A DNA stretch of 64,000 bases from Phycisphaeraceae bacterium (GCA_040905565.1 JBBDRF010000021.1:1-64000), one strand, 5' to 3'; numbered from the stretch's first letter, positions 20,032-32,368 are shown. Notes: generated from the sequence alone by a model not told the origin. Numbers and translations: made by a program.

Positions 20032-23000
20032 ATGCATCGTCTACTTCATTGCGCTGTCCTTAACGTAGTCGTGATCGTGTCTGCTTTTGCTTTTGCCGAT
20101 GAAGCTCGGGCCGAGGCGAGGTTTTTCGATCGACGTGATGGCGAGTTCTGGAAACTGGTGAACGCGGGGCGAGACGCGGAAGCGGCGGCACTGGTGGCAC
20201 GTCGGCTCGAGTTGGTTATTCCAGCCTGGAGCAGACAGCAGAGAACAGGTGAGCCGACGGTGCTCAACAGCCTGATCTTCCGCCCGACCGACGCCGCGGA
20301 GGAAATGGATCTGCTCGATGAGGTGGTGAAGCAGGCCCGGCCGACCGGCGAGGCAGCGAATGATCCCGACGCGATGCTTACCTTCGCCTTCGTCTGCGAG
20401 CTGCTGAAACAGTGGCACGACGCTGAGTCGGCTCATCGGGAACTTGTGACGCTTGAGCCGGATGACCCTTCGCACCGGGTGCGTTTGGCGCTATCGCTTG
20501 CGCACCGCGATCCGGCGGCCGCCGCTGAGGAACTGCTGGCCGTTCGCAGCGACGACTGGCCCACGCATGGCACCGACATACTGACGCACATCCAATGGCA
20601 TCTCCACAGGGAATACGCCTACACGCTGAACATCATCGAAATGGCGGACCACTGGTTGGCGAAACGAGATCGGACGCATCATCAATACGTGGCGTGGGTG
20701 GGGCAGCTGCTCCGACCGTTGTACATGTCGCCCCATCCTAATCTGCCATCGTTCCTTGCCAAGGAACGCGAGGCCGGTCGACAGGAACAACAACTGCAGG
20801 AGCGGCGGATGGCGATATTCAGTCGGCTCACCGAGCACATGATGGATGACCCAGCCTTGAGCTTCCTGGGCTTTGAGTTTCGCGTGGTGCTGGCGGACCG
20901 GAACGGTGAGGATCTCACAGCATATGTGCCGAAGGCTCGGCAGATCCTCGGGCGTTTTGCCGATGATCCCGGAGACGTTGTTCGAAACTACGAATTGCAA
21001 GAGACGCGTTTCCTGGATGATCGCGGCTGGACGGATCTGATCGCACTCGATCCGGCGCAGTTCCTCATTCGCCACGCCTGGCGCACCAACAATCGCGTGC
21101 TGATGGAGGAGGTCATCGCCGGCGTCACCGTCACGGGCGATCTGCATGATGAGCCCCATCGGACGAAGGCGTACGCTGAACTGTACTTCGCGACGGAGGA
21201 GAACTTCGTCCGAGCCGGTCAGGACTACATGGACCTGTTCGTGGCCCAGCATCAGAGGCATCACGGTGACGAGACCGGGTCGCCCTGCGTGGCGATCACC
21301 TCGGCTGCGGCACAACATATCGTCCACGCCTGGCGCACGCGCCGACTTGAGGTGGACATCAACGACTTGGCCATCGCACCCGTGGCCGACCTCTTCGAGG
21401 GCGCAGGACTCGTACCCTGTGGCCTGCCTGAATATCTCGATGCGTACGCGCTGGAACTTTCAGAACGGTTCGGCGTGCAGGCGACGCGCGAGTTGTCTCG
21501 CAAGATCTCTGTCGTGCTGATGGGAACTCTCACTGGCCAGCCTGATTTTGTGGAGCGTTACGCCGATGCCGAGGATGGGGACTTCAACCGCGGCAGGATT
21601 GAGGTGTACGTCAAATTTCTCCGCCGTCAGATGACGCAGACCGCGCCTTTGATGCTGCTGGCCCTTGAAGAGTTCAACCGCATCGGCGCGTTCCCTCGGA
21701 ACGTCCCCCATCCACGAAACACCTATCGCAGCCTCGTCGGGGGCAGCGACGATCCGGATTTAGAGCTTGCGGCGCGACACGGCCTTGATGTGGATGACGA
21801 AGCAGCAGTCCGGCACACGGAGTTGATCGCCTTCATTGCCACGTCCCGGCTGACGGCCGAGGCGGAAGATTTCACCCCTTACCTCATCGGCTCCGAGGAG
21901 ACGGCGGAATCCGTGCTCGGCGGGCTCTACCACAATGTACACGTCCCCAAGATGGCGGGCCCACATGGCCGCGATGCCAAACAAACGGTGCGCGACTGGC
22001 TCGCCAAGGAGCCCGATCCCTCATTTGGGCACGGACTGTTGACGGCCATGTTCAGCGACAGGTATGGCGCGGGTGCTTATGACTATCTTGCGAACAATAC
22101 CGACGCGCTCGACCGCATGTCTGAAAAGCAACGCGACGCTTTGGCGATTAGTGCCCTTGCCTGGGAGGGCGAGCTTGAGGGGATCAGCGAGGCCGGTGCC
22201 GCAGTGCGGGAACGACTGCTCCGGCGGCGCGACCACGTGTGGGAGGCAGAACTTGAGCAACTGCTTGCGCTGGAACGCACGGAGCGTGGCTACTACGGCA
22301 GCCGAATGGGCGAAAGCCTCGTGCCCATGCTTCGGCATTGGGTCCGGTGGGATCCTGCTAAGGCTCAGCAGGGCCTCGATCACGCGCTCGATCTCATGCA
22401 CAACACCTACTACGGCAACGGGTCAAACGACATCGGTTTGCTGAAGTCGATTGTTGATGCAGAGGACGCGAAGCTGCGTCTGCTCGTCGCTCAGACGGTG
22501 CGTGACCGGCGCGATCCACCCGTCGAAGCCGATGCCCACATTGCCGGTGCAAGGCTGATGCCTCTGGAAAATGGGACCGCGCCGCTGGTTGACCATGTGG
22601 AGCCGGCGCTGCGGAACCTTGCCTCGATGATCGAGAATGACGCCGATGTCACCTTTGCGATGCTCGGCCTGGCGACAAGGCCGAACCTTCACAGCCACCG
22701 AGAGCTGGGCTCGATCGCCGCGTGGGCAGAGCTTGAAGGCAACTCAATTGTCCCAAGGATCAAGCGTCGTCTTGGCCAGTACGCCACGCTCCTGCGCGCC
22801 ACCGTTGAGCCGGAGCTGCTTGGCACGCCGGCGCACGCCGCAGCCGTTGGTGCCCTCAGGGCGGTACTGGAGGATCAAACCCTTTCGCCGACCTACCGCC
22901 TGGCCATCGCCGTGGCGATCGTGGACAAGGTTTCCGTTCCGAAGATCAACGCCGCAACCGCAGAACTGCTGAGCGAAATGATGGCCGACGCGGAGACGCC

Positions 23001-24594
23001 TGTTGAGGATCGGCAGCTGATTGCGGTCATCGAGCAGATCCTCCTCGCGCCGGGGAGCGACCAGGCGGAGGCGTGGCTCGATCAGGTGGGCAAAATTCTT
23101 GAAGGCCATGATCTAAGGACGGCGTCGCGCCGCGAGCCGCCTGTCCTGCGTGGCCCGATCGCGGCACTCCGGGAGGCGTACGAGGCTCGCGCGGCGAGTG
23201 CCGGCATGCTGGCGGAGTTGAAAGCCGAGCATGGGCTCAAGGCTGCCAGTTGGCTGATGTTGCTGCTCCAGGGCGAGGGCGCGGTCGCTGCCGAGCTGCT
23301 GGTCGAATTCGCTGAGGAAGCGGACCTGAGCTATCCGCGCACGCTGCGGTACGACGCCACGCTTGCCACCTCGGCTTACCAGATGTTCGAGGCGATCGAT
23401 GATCCAGCCCTGCGGTTTTTTGCGGAGATCGTTGTTTCCGCTGTCCCTGACGCTGAGGGATATGAGGGTTCACCCCGGGCACAGCGCCTTGCGCCGCTGG
23501 TGGCCCGTTTCGCCATTCTCGATGACCGCCCACCCCTCCGCCGGCAGGCCCTGCTGCTGATGGCCGATCACGACGAGGCGCTTTTCGCGTTGGCCGGCGT
23601 GCTTGATGAGCTGGTGGGTGATCAGGACCACGTTGCCATGTTCCTTCCAGCGGACAACGTCGTCGCCAGCGATGAAGCGTACGAGCTGGTTCTACGTCAC
23701 CTCCACGCGGAGGTCTTGCAAGGCAACCTCACGCCGTTCGTCACGTTGATGCAGGCCGTTTCGAGCGCGAGGACGCCGCGTGAACGTGGTCTGGCGGGGC
23801 GCTGGGAGCGACCACTCCGGAACATGCTCACCGAAACGATCTTCAACAACCTGAGCGTCTTGAGCATCGACTCGCTTGCGGAGCTTCGTCCGCTCATCAA
23901 GCAGATGTTGAATGACGACTCCCACGACGGCGCGCCAACTGCCGACCCGCTTTCGATTCTTTCAGCACTGACGCGGGCAGCCGCCGGTGAGGAGCCGCGC
24001 GATAATCCGCTGACCAACCACCCGCATTTTCGGGAGCAGGTCTGGCATCAACTCGCCGAGAAGCTGGAGGATTTGCTGTTGCGGCCTGAGCGTGTGCCGA
24101 TACGCCAGCGGCTCGAGTTCCTCGGTCGCCTCCTCGCTGACGCCTATGGACAGAAAGCGCTCTCCCAGCCGCCGATGGCCCTGTACCTTTTGCTGGACAC
24201 CGATCTGGTCGGTCGTTTCGACATGCTCGACCACGGCAAAATCATCGCCGATCTGGCGCCGCGGGGCGGCCGCACCTGGGCAGAGCTGGCGCTGGTCCAT
24301 CATGAACTGGGCGAGGGCCAAGACGCCTACTTCCAAAAGGCGATAGGTATGGTCAAGCAGTCGGAGAATTTTTACGACACGCTCTCCGTCGCCGTCGTGC
24401 TCGGCTACGCCGGTGAAATCGCGCGTGCGGTCGACCTGCTCGAATCGTTCGAAGCGAGTTCTCCCCAAAAGCAGCAACAACTGACGAGGGTGATCGAAAT
24501 GATGAAAACCGGCACCATGCCGCGTTACGTCAGCCGCCCGCCAGCGAGCCCACGCCGCCAGCGGACCCCCAGCCGCCCCCGGGGCCTGCGTTGA
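20032..24594 (+). CDS. Very large secreted, predicted alpha-helical (TPR/solenoid-like) hypothetical protein, ~1520 aa
   Basis: Uninterrupted ORF; signal peptide MHRLLH..SAFAFA; TPR-like AESAHRELVTLEPDDPSHRVRLA and TWAELALVHHELGEGQDAYFQKAI; no catalytic motif recognised. Confidence 0.8.
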   Translation: MHRLLHCAVLNVVVIVSAFAFADEARAEARFFDRRDGEFWKLVNAGRDAEAAALVARRLELVIPAWSRQQRTGEPTVLNSLIFRPTDAAEEMDLLDEVVKQARPTGEAANDPDAMLTFAFVCELLKQWHDAESAHRELVTLEPDDPSHRVRLALSLAHRDPAAAAEELLAVRSDDWPTHGTDILTHIQWHLHREYAYTLNIIEMADHWLAKRDRTHHQYVAWVGQLLRPLYMSPHPNLPSFLAKEREAGRQEQQLQERRMAIFSRLTEHMMDDPALSFLGFEFRVVLADRNGEDLTAYVPKARQILGRFADDPGDVVRNYELQETRFLDDRGWTDLIALDPAQFLIRHAWRTNNRVLMEEVIAGVTVTGDLHDEPHRTKAYAELYFATEENFVRAGQDYMDLFVAQHQRHHGDETGSPCVAITSAAAQHIVHAWRTRRLEVDINDLAIAPVADLFEGAGLVPCGLPEYLDAYALELSERFGVQATRELSRKISVVLMGTLTGQPDFVERYADAEDGDFNRGRIEVYVKFLRRQMTQTAPLMLLALEEFNRIGAFPRNVPHPRNTYRSLVGGSDDPDLELAARHGLDVDDEAAVRHTELIAFIATSRLTAEAEDFTPYLIGSEETAESVLGGLYHNVHVPKMAGPHGRDAKQTVRDWLAKEPDPSFGHGLLTAMFSDRYGAGAYDYLANNTDALDRMSEKQRDALAISALAWEGELEGISEAGAAVRERLLRRRDHVWEAELEQLLALERTERGYYGSRMGESLVPMLRHWVRWDPAKAQQGLDHALDLMHNTYYGNGSNDIGLLKSIVDAEDAKLRLLVAQTVRDRRDPPVEADAHIAGARLMPLENGTAPLVDHVEPALRNLASMIENDADVTFAMLGLATRPNLHSHRELGSIAAWAELEGNSIVPRIKRRLGQYATLLRATVEPELLGTPAHAAAVGALRAVLEDQTLSPTYRLAIAVAIVDKVSVPKINAATAELLSEMMADAETPVEDRQLIAVIEQILLAPGSDQAEAWLDQVGKILEGHDLRTASRREPPVLRGPIAALREAYEARAASAGMLAELKAEHGLKAASWLMLLLQGEGAVAAELLVEFAEEADLSYPRTLRYDATLATSAYQMFEAIDDPALRFFAEIVVSAVPDAEGYEGSPRAQRLAPLVARFAILDDRPPLRRQALLLMADHDEALFALAGVLDELVGDQDHVAMFLPADNVVASDEAYELVLRHLHAEVLQGNLTPFVTLMQAVSSARTPRERGLAGRWERPLRNMLTETIFNNLSVLSIDSLAELRPLIKQMLNDDSHDGAPTADPLSILSALTRAAAGEEPRDNPLTNHPHFREQVWHQLAEKLEDLLLRPERVPIRQRLEFLGRLLADAYGQKALSQPPMALYLLLDTDLVGRFDMLDHGKIIADLAPRGGRTWAELALVHHELGEGQDAYFQKAIGMVKQSENFYDTLSVAVVLGYAGEIARAVDLLESFEASSPQKQQQLTRVIEMMKTGTMPRYVSRPPASPRRQRTPSRPRGLR

Positions 24595-24754
24595 CGGCGA
24601 GCGCGGCGTGGCCACCAGTGGGAATAGGACGCAGACGTCTAATTCTAAGCAGTAGACCAACAGTCTAACCATCCAAGTTCTCGGCACGTGCAGCAAGCTC
24701 GCCAAACATCACCCCAATGACGATCACGACCGGAGCCGCCGTGGCGGGAAGACG

Positions 24755-24790
24755 TTGACCCGAATGTAGATATTATATATGATATGGTCA
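24755..24790 (+). promoter_or_regulatory. sigma70 promoter of module 3 with overlapping palindrome
   Basis: TTGACC-17 bp-TATGAT (24755-24783); near-palindrome ATATTATATATGATAT over the -10, flanked by TGACC/GGTCA. Confidence 0.65.
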
Positions 24791-24833
24791 TAGGCGGAAG
24801 GGACGCGAGAATATCCTGGAAAGGAGCTGCCCC

Positions 24834-27689
24834 ATGTTGAGCGTGAAGGTGAGCGGGCTAAGGACCGGGCAGTGCGTGGGGAGCGTTGCGGCGGTGATGC
24901 TGTTGGCCGTGACGAGCGTTGCAGCCATGGCGGAGCAGCGGAGTTTGCCTGCTGCTGCGGCGGTCGAAGTGGACTATGCGCAACATATCGAGCCGATCTT
25001 TGCTGAGAACTGTTACGGCTGTCACGGTGCTGAGCGTCAACGTGGGAACTTCCGACTCGACCGTGCGGATCATCTCCTGCTTGGGGGGATAAGCGGTGAA
25101 CCGGCGCTGCAGCCGGGCAACGGTGGCGAGAGTCATCTGGTGCGACTGGTGGCGGGGCTTGAGCCTGAGTTGAAGATGCCGCCTGAGGGTGATCCGCTGA
25201 GCGATGAGCAGATTGCCTTGCTGCGTGCGTGGATTGATCAGGGTGCGGCCAACACGCTGCCCGAGAGCGAGGGCGGGGCGGATGACCAGATGTGGTCATT
25301 CCAACCGGTGGCCGATGTGGCCGTCCCGAGCGCGGGCGAGGCGTGGTCGGCAAATCCGATCGACCGTTTTATCTATCACCGGCTGTCGGATGCGGGGCTC
25401 GAGCCTTCGGAGCCGGAGGATCGTGCCGTTCTGACTCGACGACTTTATATGGTGATGCATGGCTTGCTGCCGACGCCGGAGCAGGTCACGCAGTTCGTCG
25501 ACGATGATCGCCCGGACGCCTATGAGCGTCTGGTTGATGAAGTGCTGGCGAGTCCGCGGTACGGCGAGCGATGGGCTCAGCACTGGTTGGATGTGGTGCG
25601 GTTCGGCGAGACGCATGGCTTTGAAGTGAACACGCCGCGCGAAAACGCCTGGCCTTATCGCGATTACGTGATCAACGCACTCAACGAGGACCTTCCGTAC
25701 GATCAGTTTGTTCGTGAACAGATCGTCGGTGATGCCTTGGGCGCGGATGCTGCGACGGGCATGCTTGTCGCAGCCCCCGTGATTCTGCCGGGCCAGGTCG
25801 GCAAGGACGAAGCCTCGATGCGTCTGGCGCGTGAGGATGAACTCGCCCAGGTGATCAATACGGTAAGCGGCACCTTTCTGGGTCTCACCCTTGGCTGCGC
25901 CCGTTGTCACAATCACATGTTCGACCCGATCACGCAGCGTGACTACTTTGCCATGCAAGCCGTTTTTCAGGGTGTGAACTACAGTGAGCGAAAGGTCGGG
26001 CCGAACAAGGCGACGCGCGAACGTGCTGCGGGACTGGCCGAACAGATCAAGCCGCTCGACCGTCAACTCGCAACGATTCGGCAGCGTGCAGACTACCGCG
26101 CCGCGACCGCTCTGTTACGCGAACCGGTTGATGCGGCCGGCAACGAAGAGCATTTTGAGCCGGTCGAGGCCGCGCTCGTGCGGTTCACGATCACACGAAC
26201 CAACGACGGGCTGCAGCCGTGTATCGATGAACTTGAGATATGGACTCCCGCTGGCGACGGCGCTGAGCCCCGCAACGTCGGCCTCGCTTCCAACGGCGGC
26301 GTGCCGACCGCCTCGGGATCGTGGGCGAACGATCGGCACAAACTGGCGCACATCAACAACGGTCGCGTCGGCAACAGCCACAGCTGGGTCTCCGACACAG
26401 CGGGTAGCGGCTGGGTGCAGATCGAACTGGCGGAGCCGACCAGCATCGATCGCATCACCTGGGCGCGCGATCGCAAGGGGGAGTTCGACGATCGGCTGGC
26501 GGTGGAGTATCGCATTGAGGTAGCCGCTGAGCCGGGCGGCGAATGGCGCACGGTGGCTGGCTCTGACGATCGAAGTTCATCTGGACGATCCCTGGGGGAA
26601 TGGGCCGCCGACCATTTGCCTGAGGCCGTCGCGTCCCGCTATCTCGCCTTGACTGCCGAGCGTGAGGCCTTGGCTCAGGAGCGCGAATATCTGCTTTCCG
26701 AGCGATCGATCTGGGCCGGTGCCTTCACCGCGCAACCCGAGCCGACCCGACGGAAGTATCGAGGCGATCCCATGTCGCCACGCGAAGTTGTTCCGCCCGC
26801 CGGTCCCGCTGTGTTCGATGCGTTCGAGCTTCCCACCGAGACGCCCGACCAGGCGCGCCGAATGGCCCTGGCGGAGTGGCTCGCTGATCCAAAGCATCCG
26901 CTGACGGCACGCGTGATGGTCAATCGCATCTGGCAGCATCACTTCGGCACGGGTCTGGTGACCACGCCGAGTGACTTCGGCGGCCTCGGGGCCGAGCCTT
27001 CGCACCCCCAACTGCTGGACTGGCTCGCAGGTGAATTCGTCCGCAGCGGCTGGTCGATCAAGCACATGCATCGGCTGATTCTTACCTCGCGCACGTTCCA
27101 GCAATCGAGTCGGCCTGACTCAGCTTCACTAGCGGTGGACGGCGACGCGCGCTTGCTGTGGCGCTTCCCGCCTCGGCGTGGCGAAGCGGAGATCGTTCGC
27201 GATGCGATCCTCATGGTCAGCGGCACGCTGGATCTGCGCATGGGCGGGCCCTCCTTCGACGCATTCAAACCCAACGACAACTATGTCCGCGTGTATGAGC
27301 CCCTCGAAGAATTCAAGCCCGAGCACTTCCGCCGAATGATCTACATGCAGAAGGTCCGCATGGAGCCCGAAGGCGTGTTCGGTGCGTTCGACTTGCCCGA
27401 CCTGGCGACGCCCTGCCCGAGCCGATCGCAGTCGACCACACCATTGCAGGCACTGAACCTGTTCAACTCGACGTTTGTCGTCGATCAGGCCGACCGCCTC
27501 AGCGATCGCCTGCGGGAGGAAGTCGGCGATCAGCCTGAGCCGCAAGTGCGACGCGCTTTCGAGTTGGCGCTTGGGCGCGAGCCGGACGCGGTCGAACTGG
27601 CACAATCGGTGAAGGTCATCGAGCAGCACGATCTGAACACCTTCACCCGAACACTGATGAACCTCAGCGAGTTTCTCTACATCCAGTGA
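24834..27689 (+). CDS. Planctomycete cytochrome c / DUF1549 / DUF1553 protein with F5/8-type-C-like insert, module 3
   Basis: [80 protein letters not shown]. Confidence 0.93.
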   Translation: MLSVKVSGLRTGQCVGSVAAVMLLAVTSVAAMAEQRSLPAAAAVEVDYAQHIEPIFAENCYGCHGAERQRGNFRLDRADHLLLGGISGEPALQPGNGGESHLVRLVAGLEPELKMPPEGDPLSDEQIALLRAWIDQGAANTLPESEGGADDQMWSFQPVADVAVPSAGEAWSANPIDRFIYHRLSDAGLEPSEPEDRAVLTRRLYMVMHGLLPTPEQVTQFVDDDRPDAYERLVDEVLASPRYGERWAQHWLDVVRFGETHGFEVNTPRENAWPYRDYVINALNEDLPYDQFVREQIVGDALGADAATGMLVAAPVILPGQVGKDEASMRLAREDELAQVINTVSGTFLGLTLGCARCHNHMFDPITQRDYFAMQAVFQGVNYSERKVGPNKATRERAAGLAEQIKPLDRQLATIRQRADYRAATALLREPVDAAGNEEHFEPVEAALVRFTITRTNDGLQPCIDELEIWTPAGDGAEPRNVGLASNGGVPTASGSWANDRHKLAHINNGRVGNSHSWVSDTAGSGWVQIELAEPTSIDRITWARDRKGEFDDRLAVEYRIEVAAEPGGEWRTVAGSDDRSSSGRSLGEWAADHLPEAVASRYLALTAEREALAQEREYLLSERSIWAGAFTAQPEPTRRKYRGDPMSPREVVPPAGPAVFDAFELPTETPDQARRMALAEWLADPKHPLTARVMVNRIWQHHFGTGLVTTPSDFGGLGAEPSHPQLLDWLAGEFVRSGWSIKHMHRLILTSRTFQQSSRPDSASLAVDGDARLLWRFPPRRGEAEIVRDAILMVSGTLDLRMGGPSFDAFKPNDNYVRVYEPLEEFKPEHFRRMIYMQKVRMEPEGVFGAFDLPDLATPCPSRSQSTTPLQALNLFNSTFVVDQADRLSDRLREEVGDQPEPQVRRAFELALGREPDAVELAQSVKVIEQHDLNTFTRTLMNLSEFLYIQ

Positions 27690-27744
27690 TTACGCCCACG
27701 GCGTGACGCATGACGACAGCGACGGCGGGGACATGGAGCGAACG

Positions 27745-29229
27745 ATGAGCGAGATACCATCACAACCAGGCCGCGACTTGCTTAATCGGCGGGGCTTTCT
27801 TTCTCACACCGGGACGGGTGCGGGCGCGATGGCGCTGCTGCATCTGCTCGGCCGGGACGGACTGCTCGCCGATGAAGCCGCTCCCATCCGACCGACCATC
27901 GATGCGTCAGCCCCGGCCGCGCCGCGCCTGCCGCACCACACCGCGAAGGCTCAGCAGGTGCTGGTGATCTTCTGCTCCGGGGCGCTGAGTCACATGGACA
28001 CCTTCGACTACAAACCCGAATTGATCAAGCGTCACGATCAGCCCATGCCGGGCGGCGAAGGACTGGTCACGTTCCAGGGCGAGAACGGCAACATCAGCAG
28101 GCCGCTGTGGCGCTTCCGCAGGCGAGGTCAGTGCGGGAAGCTTACAAGTGATTTGCTGCCGCACCTTGGCGCGCTGTCGGACGATCTGTGTTTTATTCAT
28201 TCGATGAAGGGCAAAACCAACACGCACGGGCCCGGTGAGAATCTTATGTCCACCGGCTACACGCTCGACGGCTTCCCTTCCATGGGCGCGTGGACGACGT
28301 ATGCACTCGGCTCGGAGGTGCAGAATCTTCCTGCATACGTAGCGCTTGCCGACCCACGCGGCGTGCCGCAAAGCTCCGTCAATAACTGGGGTCCGGGGTT
28401 TTTGCCTGCGGTGTTTCAGGGGACGCCGTTCAACTCGACCAATCCGATTCGAAACCTAGCACGGCCTAGCCACATTAGTTCCAGCAGCGACAAGGCGAGT
28501 CGCACGCTTCTTAAGAACCTCAACGAGCATCATCAGCAGCAGCGGTTTCCAGAAGATTCCCAACTAGCGGCCCGCATCGCAAGCTATGAACTGGCCGCAC
28601 GGATGCAACTGAGTGTGCCCGATCTGGCGGATCTCAGCAGCGAACCTCAGCACATCCGCGATATGTATGGTGCTGACGATCCGGAGAACAAACTTAAGTC
28701 GCAGTATGCTGATAACTGCATCCTCGCACGCCGGCTCCTCGAACGCGGCGTCCGCTTCGTGCAGCTGTTCAACGGCGCCTACGCCATGGGCGAAGGGGTG
28801 GGCAACTGGGACGGCCATCGCCTTCTGCAGGATCAATACAACATCCACGGACCCGTCCTCGATCAGCCTACCGCAGCACTGATCAAGGATCTCAAGCAAC
28901 GCGGCATGTTCGAAAACACCCTTATCGTCTTCTGCACCGAATTCGGCCGCATGCCGGTATTTCAAAAGGGCACGACCGGCCGTGACCACAACCCCGAAGG
29001 GTTCACGTGCATGCTGGCCGGGGCGGGCGTCAAAGCGCCGTTCTCCTACGGCCAGACCGACGAACTGGGCTACCGAGCGGTTGAGAACGTCGTCACCGTT
29101 CACGATTTCCACGCCACGATTCTGCACCTGCTCGGCCTCGACCACCGCCGCCTGACCTACTACCACAACGGCTTCGAACGCCGACTAACCGACGTACACG
29201 GCCACGTCGTCACCCCGATCCTTAGCTGA
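27745..29229 (+). CDS. DUF1501 domain protein (Tat), module 3
   Basis: [37 protein letters not shown]. Confidence 0.93.
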   Translation: MSEIPSQPGRDLLNRRGFLSHTGTGAGAMALLHLLGRDGLLADEAAPIRPTIDASAPAAPRLPHHTAKAQQVLVIFCSGALSHMDTFDYKPELIKRHDQPMPGGEGLVTFQGENGNISRPLWRFRRRGQCGKLTSDLLPHLGALSDDLCFIHSMKGKTNTHGPGENLMSTGYTLDGFPSMGAWTTYALGSEVQNLPAYVALADPRGVPQSSVNNWGPGFLPAVFQGTPFNSTNPIRNLARPSHISSSSDKASRTLLKNLNEHHQQQRFPEDSQLAARIASYELAARMQLSVPDLADLSSEPQHIRDMYGADDPENKLKSQYADNCILARRLLERGVRFVQLFNGAYAMGEGVGNWDGHRLLQDQYNIHGPVLDQPTAALIKDLKQRGMFENTLIVFCTEFGRMPVFQKGTTGRDHNPEGFTCMLAGAGVKAPFSYGQTDELGYRAVENVVTVHDFHATILHLLGLDHRRLTYYHNGFERRLTDVHGHVVTPILS

Positions 29230-29272
29230 TTATGTGTCAACGGATATCGTGCGGGCCGGGGCGAAGTCGGTT

Positions 29273-30550
29273 TCAGGCGGGCGGCAGCGGCGTGTTGGGC
29301 GCGACCGCATCCTCGGGATATGGGTTGTCCGGGCCGAAGACGTGCATCTGCTCGCGGGATTCGATCGTCACGAATGACTCATCGACCATTTGATGTTCGT
29401 TGTCCCAAGGCCGCTCGCCGTCGAGTTTCAGGTGCCGAATGAAAAACGGATAGGCCGCCATGCGCTTCGAAGGCCCGTAGTCGTGCCCTTCGAGGGAGAA
29501 GTGGGCGTTGTGCACACGGTCAGTGGCGTCATACAGGCTGTAAACGTGCTGAATGTATGGGAATTCGGTTTGCGGGACGTGCTTGGTCCAGTCGTCGCCG
29601 TTGGAGAGGATCAGTTGCGGCCGTGGTGCGGTGAGCGCGGCTATCTCGGCGTTGTTGGTCTTGTGGTTCGGCCCCCAGTGAATCGGCATCCCGCTCTCGC
29701 ATGCGCATCCGCCGAAGAAGTGTGCGGAGATCTGGCAGCTGGGCACGGCCACGGCGACGCGATCGTCAATGGCTGAAAGCAGGAACGTCTGCGAAGCACC
29801 GCCGGAGTTGCCGGTCATGCCGATCCGGTCGGGGTCGACGCCGTCCAGCGACTGCATGAAATCCATCGCGCGGATGCTGTTCCACATCGTCAGCCGCAGT
29901 ACCTCGGGAACATCGCGGTGGGACCAGCCTGCGACCTCGGAATCGCCGTAGCCGACCATGTCGTAATGGAACACGACCGCGCCCATCCGCGCCAGCACGG
30001 CACACCGGATCTGCCGCGAGGCCCGGAATCGCCCGCCGTGTCCGTGAGCGGAAAGGATGCCTGCGTGAGGCGCGTCCATGTCGATCGGTCGATAGAGTGT
30101 GCCCGTGACATAGAAGCCCGGGTAACTCTGGAATGCCACGCTCTCGGCGGTGTAGCCGTCGTACGTGCGCTTATCGAAGAACTGGGGTTTCAGTGGCGTC
30201 TTCTCGAGCATGGGCGAAAGCTTCACGCCTTCGAGGATCCCCCGGCGGACCCGCTGTCTCCGCTGCTCCCATTGCTTCAGGTCGGAGAATGTCGCCTTGA
30301 ACTGCTCCAACTCAGCCGCCGCCTCCTCCGGCGTCTGGGCGTGCCCTTGGCGGAGCTTTGGGCCGTGTTCGCCGTTCCCATCGGCACGGACCGGCCAGGC
30401 GAAACTGCTCAGTGCCACACCCGACAGGCTCAACGCGCCCAGGCCGCTGATGCCGCCATGAAGGAGCGATCGTCGCGAAAGACCGGATGCGATCGATGGG
30501 ACCACGAGGTCGCCAGACGGTGCCGAATGTGATGCAGATTTCGATTTCAT
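29273..30550 (-). CDS. Alpha/beta-hydrolase, acetylxylan-esterase-like (Tat)
   Basis: [23 protein letters not shown] nucleophile elbow; APRPQLI; GHDY. Confidence 0.85.
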   Translation of the reverse strand: MKSKSASHSAPSGDLVVPSIASGLSRRSLLHGGISGLGALSLSGVALSSFAWPVRADGNGEHGPKLRQGHAQTPEEAAAELEQFKATFSDLKQWEQRRQRVRRGILEGVKLSPMLEKTPLKPQFFDKRTYDGYTAESVAFQSYPGFYVTGTLYRPIDMDAPHAGILSAHGHGGRFRASRQIRCAVLARMGAVVFHYDMVGYGDSEVAGWSHRDVPEVLRLTMWNSIRAMDFMQSLDGVDPDRIGMTGNSGGASQTFLLSAIDDRVAVAVPSCQISAHFFGGCACESGMPIHWGPNHKTNNAEIAALTAPRPQLILSNGDDWTKHVPQTEFPYIQHVYSLYDATDRVHNAHFSLEGHDYGPSKRMAAYPFFIRHLKLDGERPWDNEHQMVDESFVTIESREQMHVFGPDNPYPEDAVAPNTPLPPA

Positions 30551-30601
30551 GTCATGCGAGTCCTGAGTGCGAGTACGTTGTTCGACGCGGCGGACTCCCC
30601 G

Positions 30602-30629
30602 AATCTAGCAGGGGTGAGGGGAGCGTCAA
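30602..30629 (-). promoter_or_regulatory. Candidate sigma70 promoter of the esterase gene
   Basis: TTGACG-16 bp-TAGATT with an extended -10 TG. Confidence 0.45.
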
Positions 30630-30717
30630 GGAAAACGGATTTTCGAGATTCCCAAAAAACCATTGTTTCTGTTCCGACTAGCAACCACAATAGGTTCATC
30701 TGTTTTAAAAGGGGCTC

Positions 30718-32190
30718 ATGATGAACGATCGTGGTAATAAGCTATCCAATCTTCCACGCCGACAGTTTCTTAAAAGCACCGTCGCTGCGGGGGCCATGGC
30801 ACCATGGCTCCTGTCCGGATCGCGTGTCCTCGGGGCGAACGAACGTCTGCGTCTTGCGTCCTGCGGCGTCAACGGTCGGGGCGATCAGTTGATGAAAAGC
30901 TTCGCCCTCCTCGACGGGGTCGAGATCGCCTGGATCGTTGACCCGGACCGTCGGCTCCTCGAACGCCGCAGCGAGGAGATGAAAGAGCGGACGGGCAAAA
31001 AACCCTTAACCACGACAGACGTCCGGGACGCCCTGGCCGATCCTGATGTTGATGGCATCATCGTCGCTGCCCCTAACCACTGGCATTCGCTGATGGTCGT
31101 GTGGGCCGCCCAGGCCGGCAAACACTGCTACGTCGAAAAGCCCGCCAGCCACGACTTCAATGAAGGCCGTGTCGCCTTGGAAGCGTTCAAGAAGTACGGC
31201 GTGGTCGTCCAGCACGGCACACACAACCGCAGCAACCTCGGCTGGGCCGCCCGCGTCAAAGCCGTTCAGTCCGGTAAATACGGCCGCCTCGCCGTCGCCC
31301 ACGCCTTTGCCTGCAAAGCGCGGCAGGGCATCGGCCACAGCGACCCGTCTCAGGCCCCCGACTGGCTGGATTGGAACATGTGGCGAGGTTCCGCCCTCAT
31401 CGACGACTACAACAGCAAATACGTCCACTACAACTGGCACTGGTTCTGGGAAACCGGCAACGGCGAACTCAACAACCAGGGCACCCATCAACTGGATCTC
31501 GCTTATTGGTCGCTAGATCCGGAGATGCGAACCGAATTCCCGACCAGAGTCACCAGCCTCGGCGGTCGGTTCAAGTGGGACGATCAGGGCGTGACGCCGA
31601 ATACCCAGATCTCTCTCGCCGAATATCCCAACGGGCAGAAGGTTCTGATGAACGTGCGGAACGTCGACTACGATGGCTATCAGCGCCAGGTCGAGAACCG
31701 CTTCTACTTTGAGGACGGCGGCAAGATCATCGGCAATCGCTACATTTCACCCAGCGGTGAGTCCGAAGGCCTCGAAGTCGACGACCCTGACCACATCACG
31801 CTTGGCGGGCCCTTCGGCGCCTTCGTCAAAGCCTGCCGCGAGAACAAACCCGAGCTCGCCAACGGCTCCATGGTCGAAGGCCACTATTCCTCGGGCCTCG
31901 GCCACCTGATGAACATCGCCTACCGCATCGGCGAACCGCAGCCGTTCAACGAGGTCGCCAACCGCTTCGGCGATGACAAGATCGTTGCTGATCAGTTCGC
32001 GGAGCTTCACGAGATCGTCCGGGAGGGCATGGGTGTTCCCGAAGACGGGGGCCGATACCAGGTGGGCCCCTGGCTCTCCTTCGATTCCACCGCTGAGCGA
32101 TTCACAGGTGAACACGCCGACCGCGCCAACGAACTGCTACGCGATCAACGCCGCGACGAATTCGAAATGCCCGCTGCCGACGCCGTCTGA
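30718..32190 (+). CDS. Gfo/Idh/MocA family oxidoreductase (Tat)
   Basis: RRQFLK; CGVNGRG; APNHWH; YVEKP; NQGTHQLD. Confidence 0.93.
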   Translation: MMNDRGNKLSNLPRRQFLKSTVAAGAMAPWLLSGSRVLGANERLRLASCGVNGRGDQLMKSFALLDGVEIAWIVDPDRRLLERRSEEMKERTGKKPLTTTDVRDALADPDVDGIIVAAPNHWHSLMVVWAAQAGKHCYVEKPASHDFNEGRVALEAFKKYGVVVQHGTHNRSNLGWAARVKAVQSGKYGRLAVAHAFACKARQGIGHSDPSQAPDWLDWNMWRGSALIDDYNSKYVHYNWHWFWETGNGELNNQGTHQLDLAYWSLDPEMRTEFPTRVTSLGGRFKWDDQGVTPNTQISLAEYPNGQKVLMNVRNVDYDGYQRQVENRFYFEDGGKIIGNRYISPSGESEGLEVDDPDHITLGGPFGAFVKACRENKPELANGSMVEGHYSSGLGHLMNIAYRIGEPQPFNEVANRFGDDKIVADQFAELHEIVREGMGVPEDGGRYQVGPWLSFDSTAERFTGEHADRANELLRDQRRDEFEMPAADAV

Positions 32191-32335
32191 CGTCTACGTC
32201 AGTCTGCCGCAGCTGAGCGTTTTCCGGATGCTCACACTTCGACCATTCTCTCGGCCTGTGGCGGGGGCATGGTCCAGTTGTGTCTCTATGTTTTGCCCAA
32301 GCCGATCCGCCGTTCCAGGCACTGACCATGACAAT

Positions 32336-32368
32336 AAAAAGGGCCCTGCATCGTACTGATGCAGGGCC
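32336..32368 (-). terminator. Intrinsic terminator after the tandem prepilin pair
   Basis: GGCCCTGCATC (32342-32352) / GATGCAGGGCC (32358-32368), then a T5 run on the minus strand. Confidence 0.8.
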
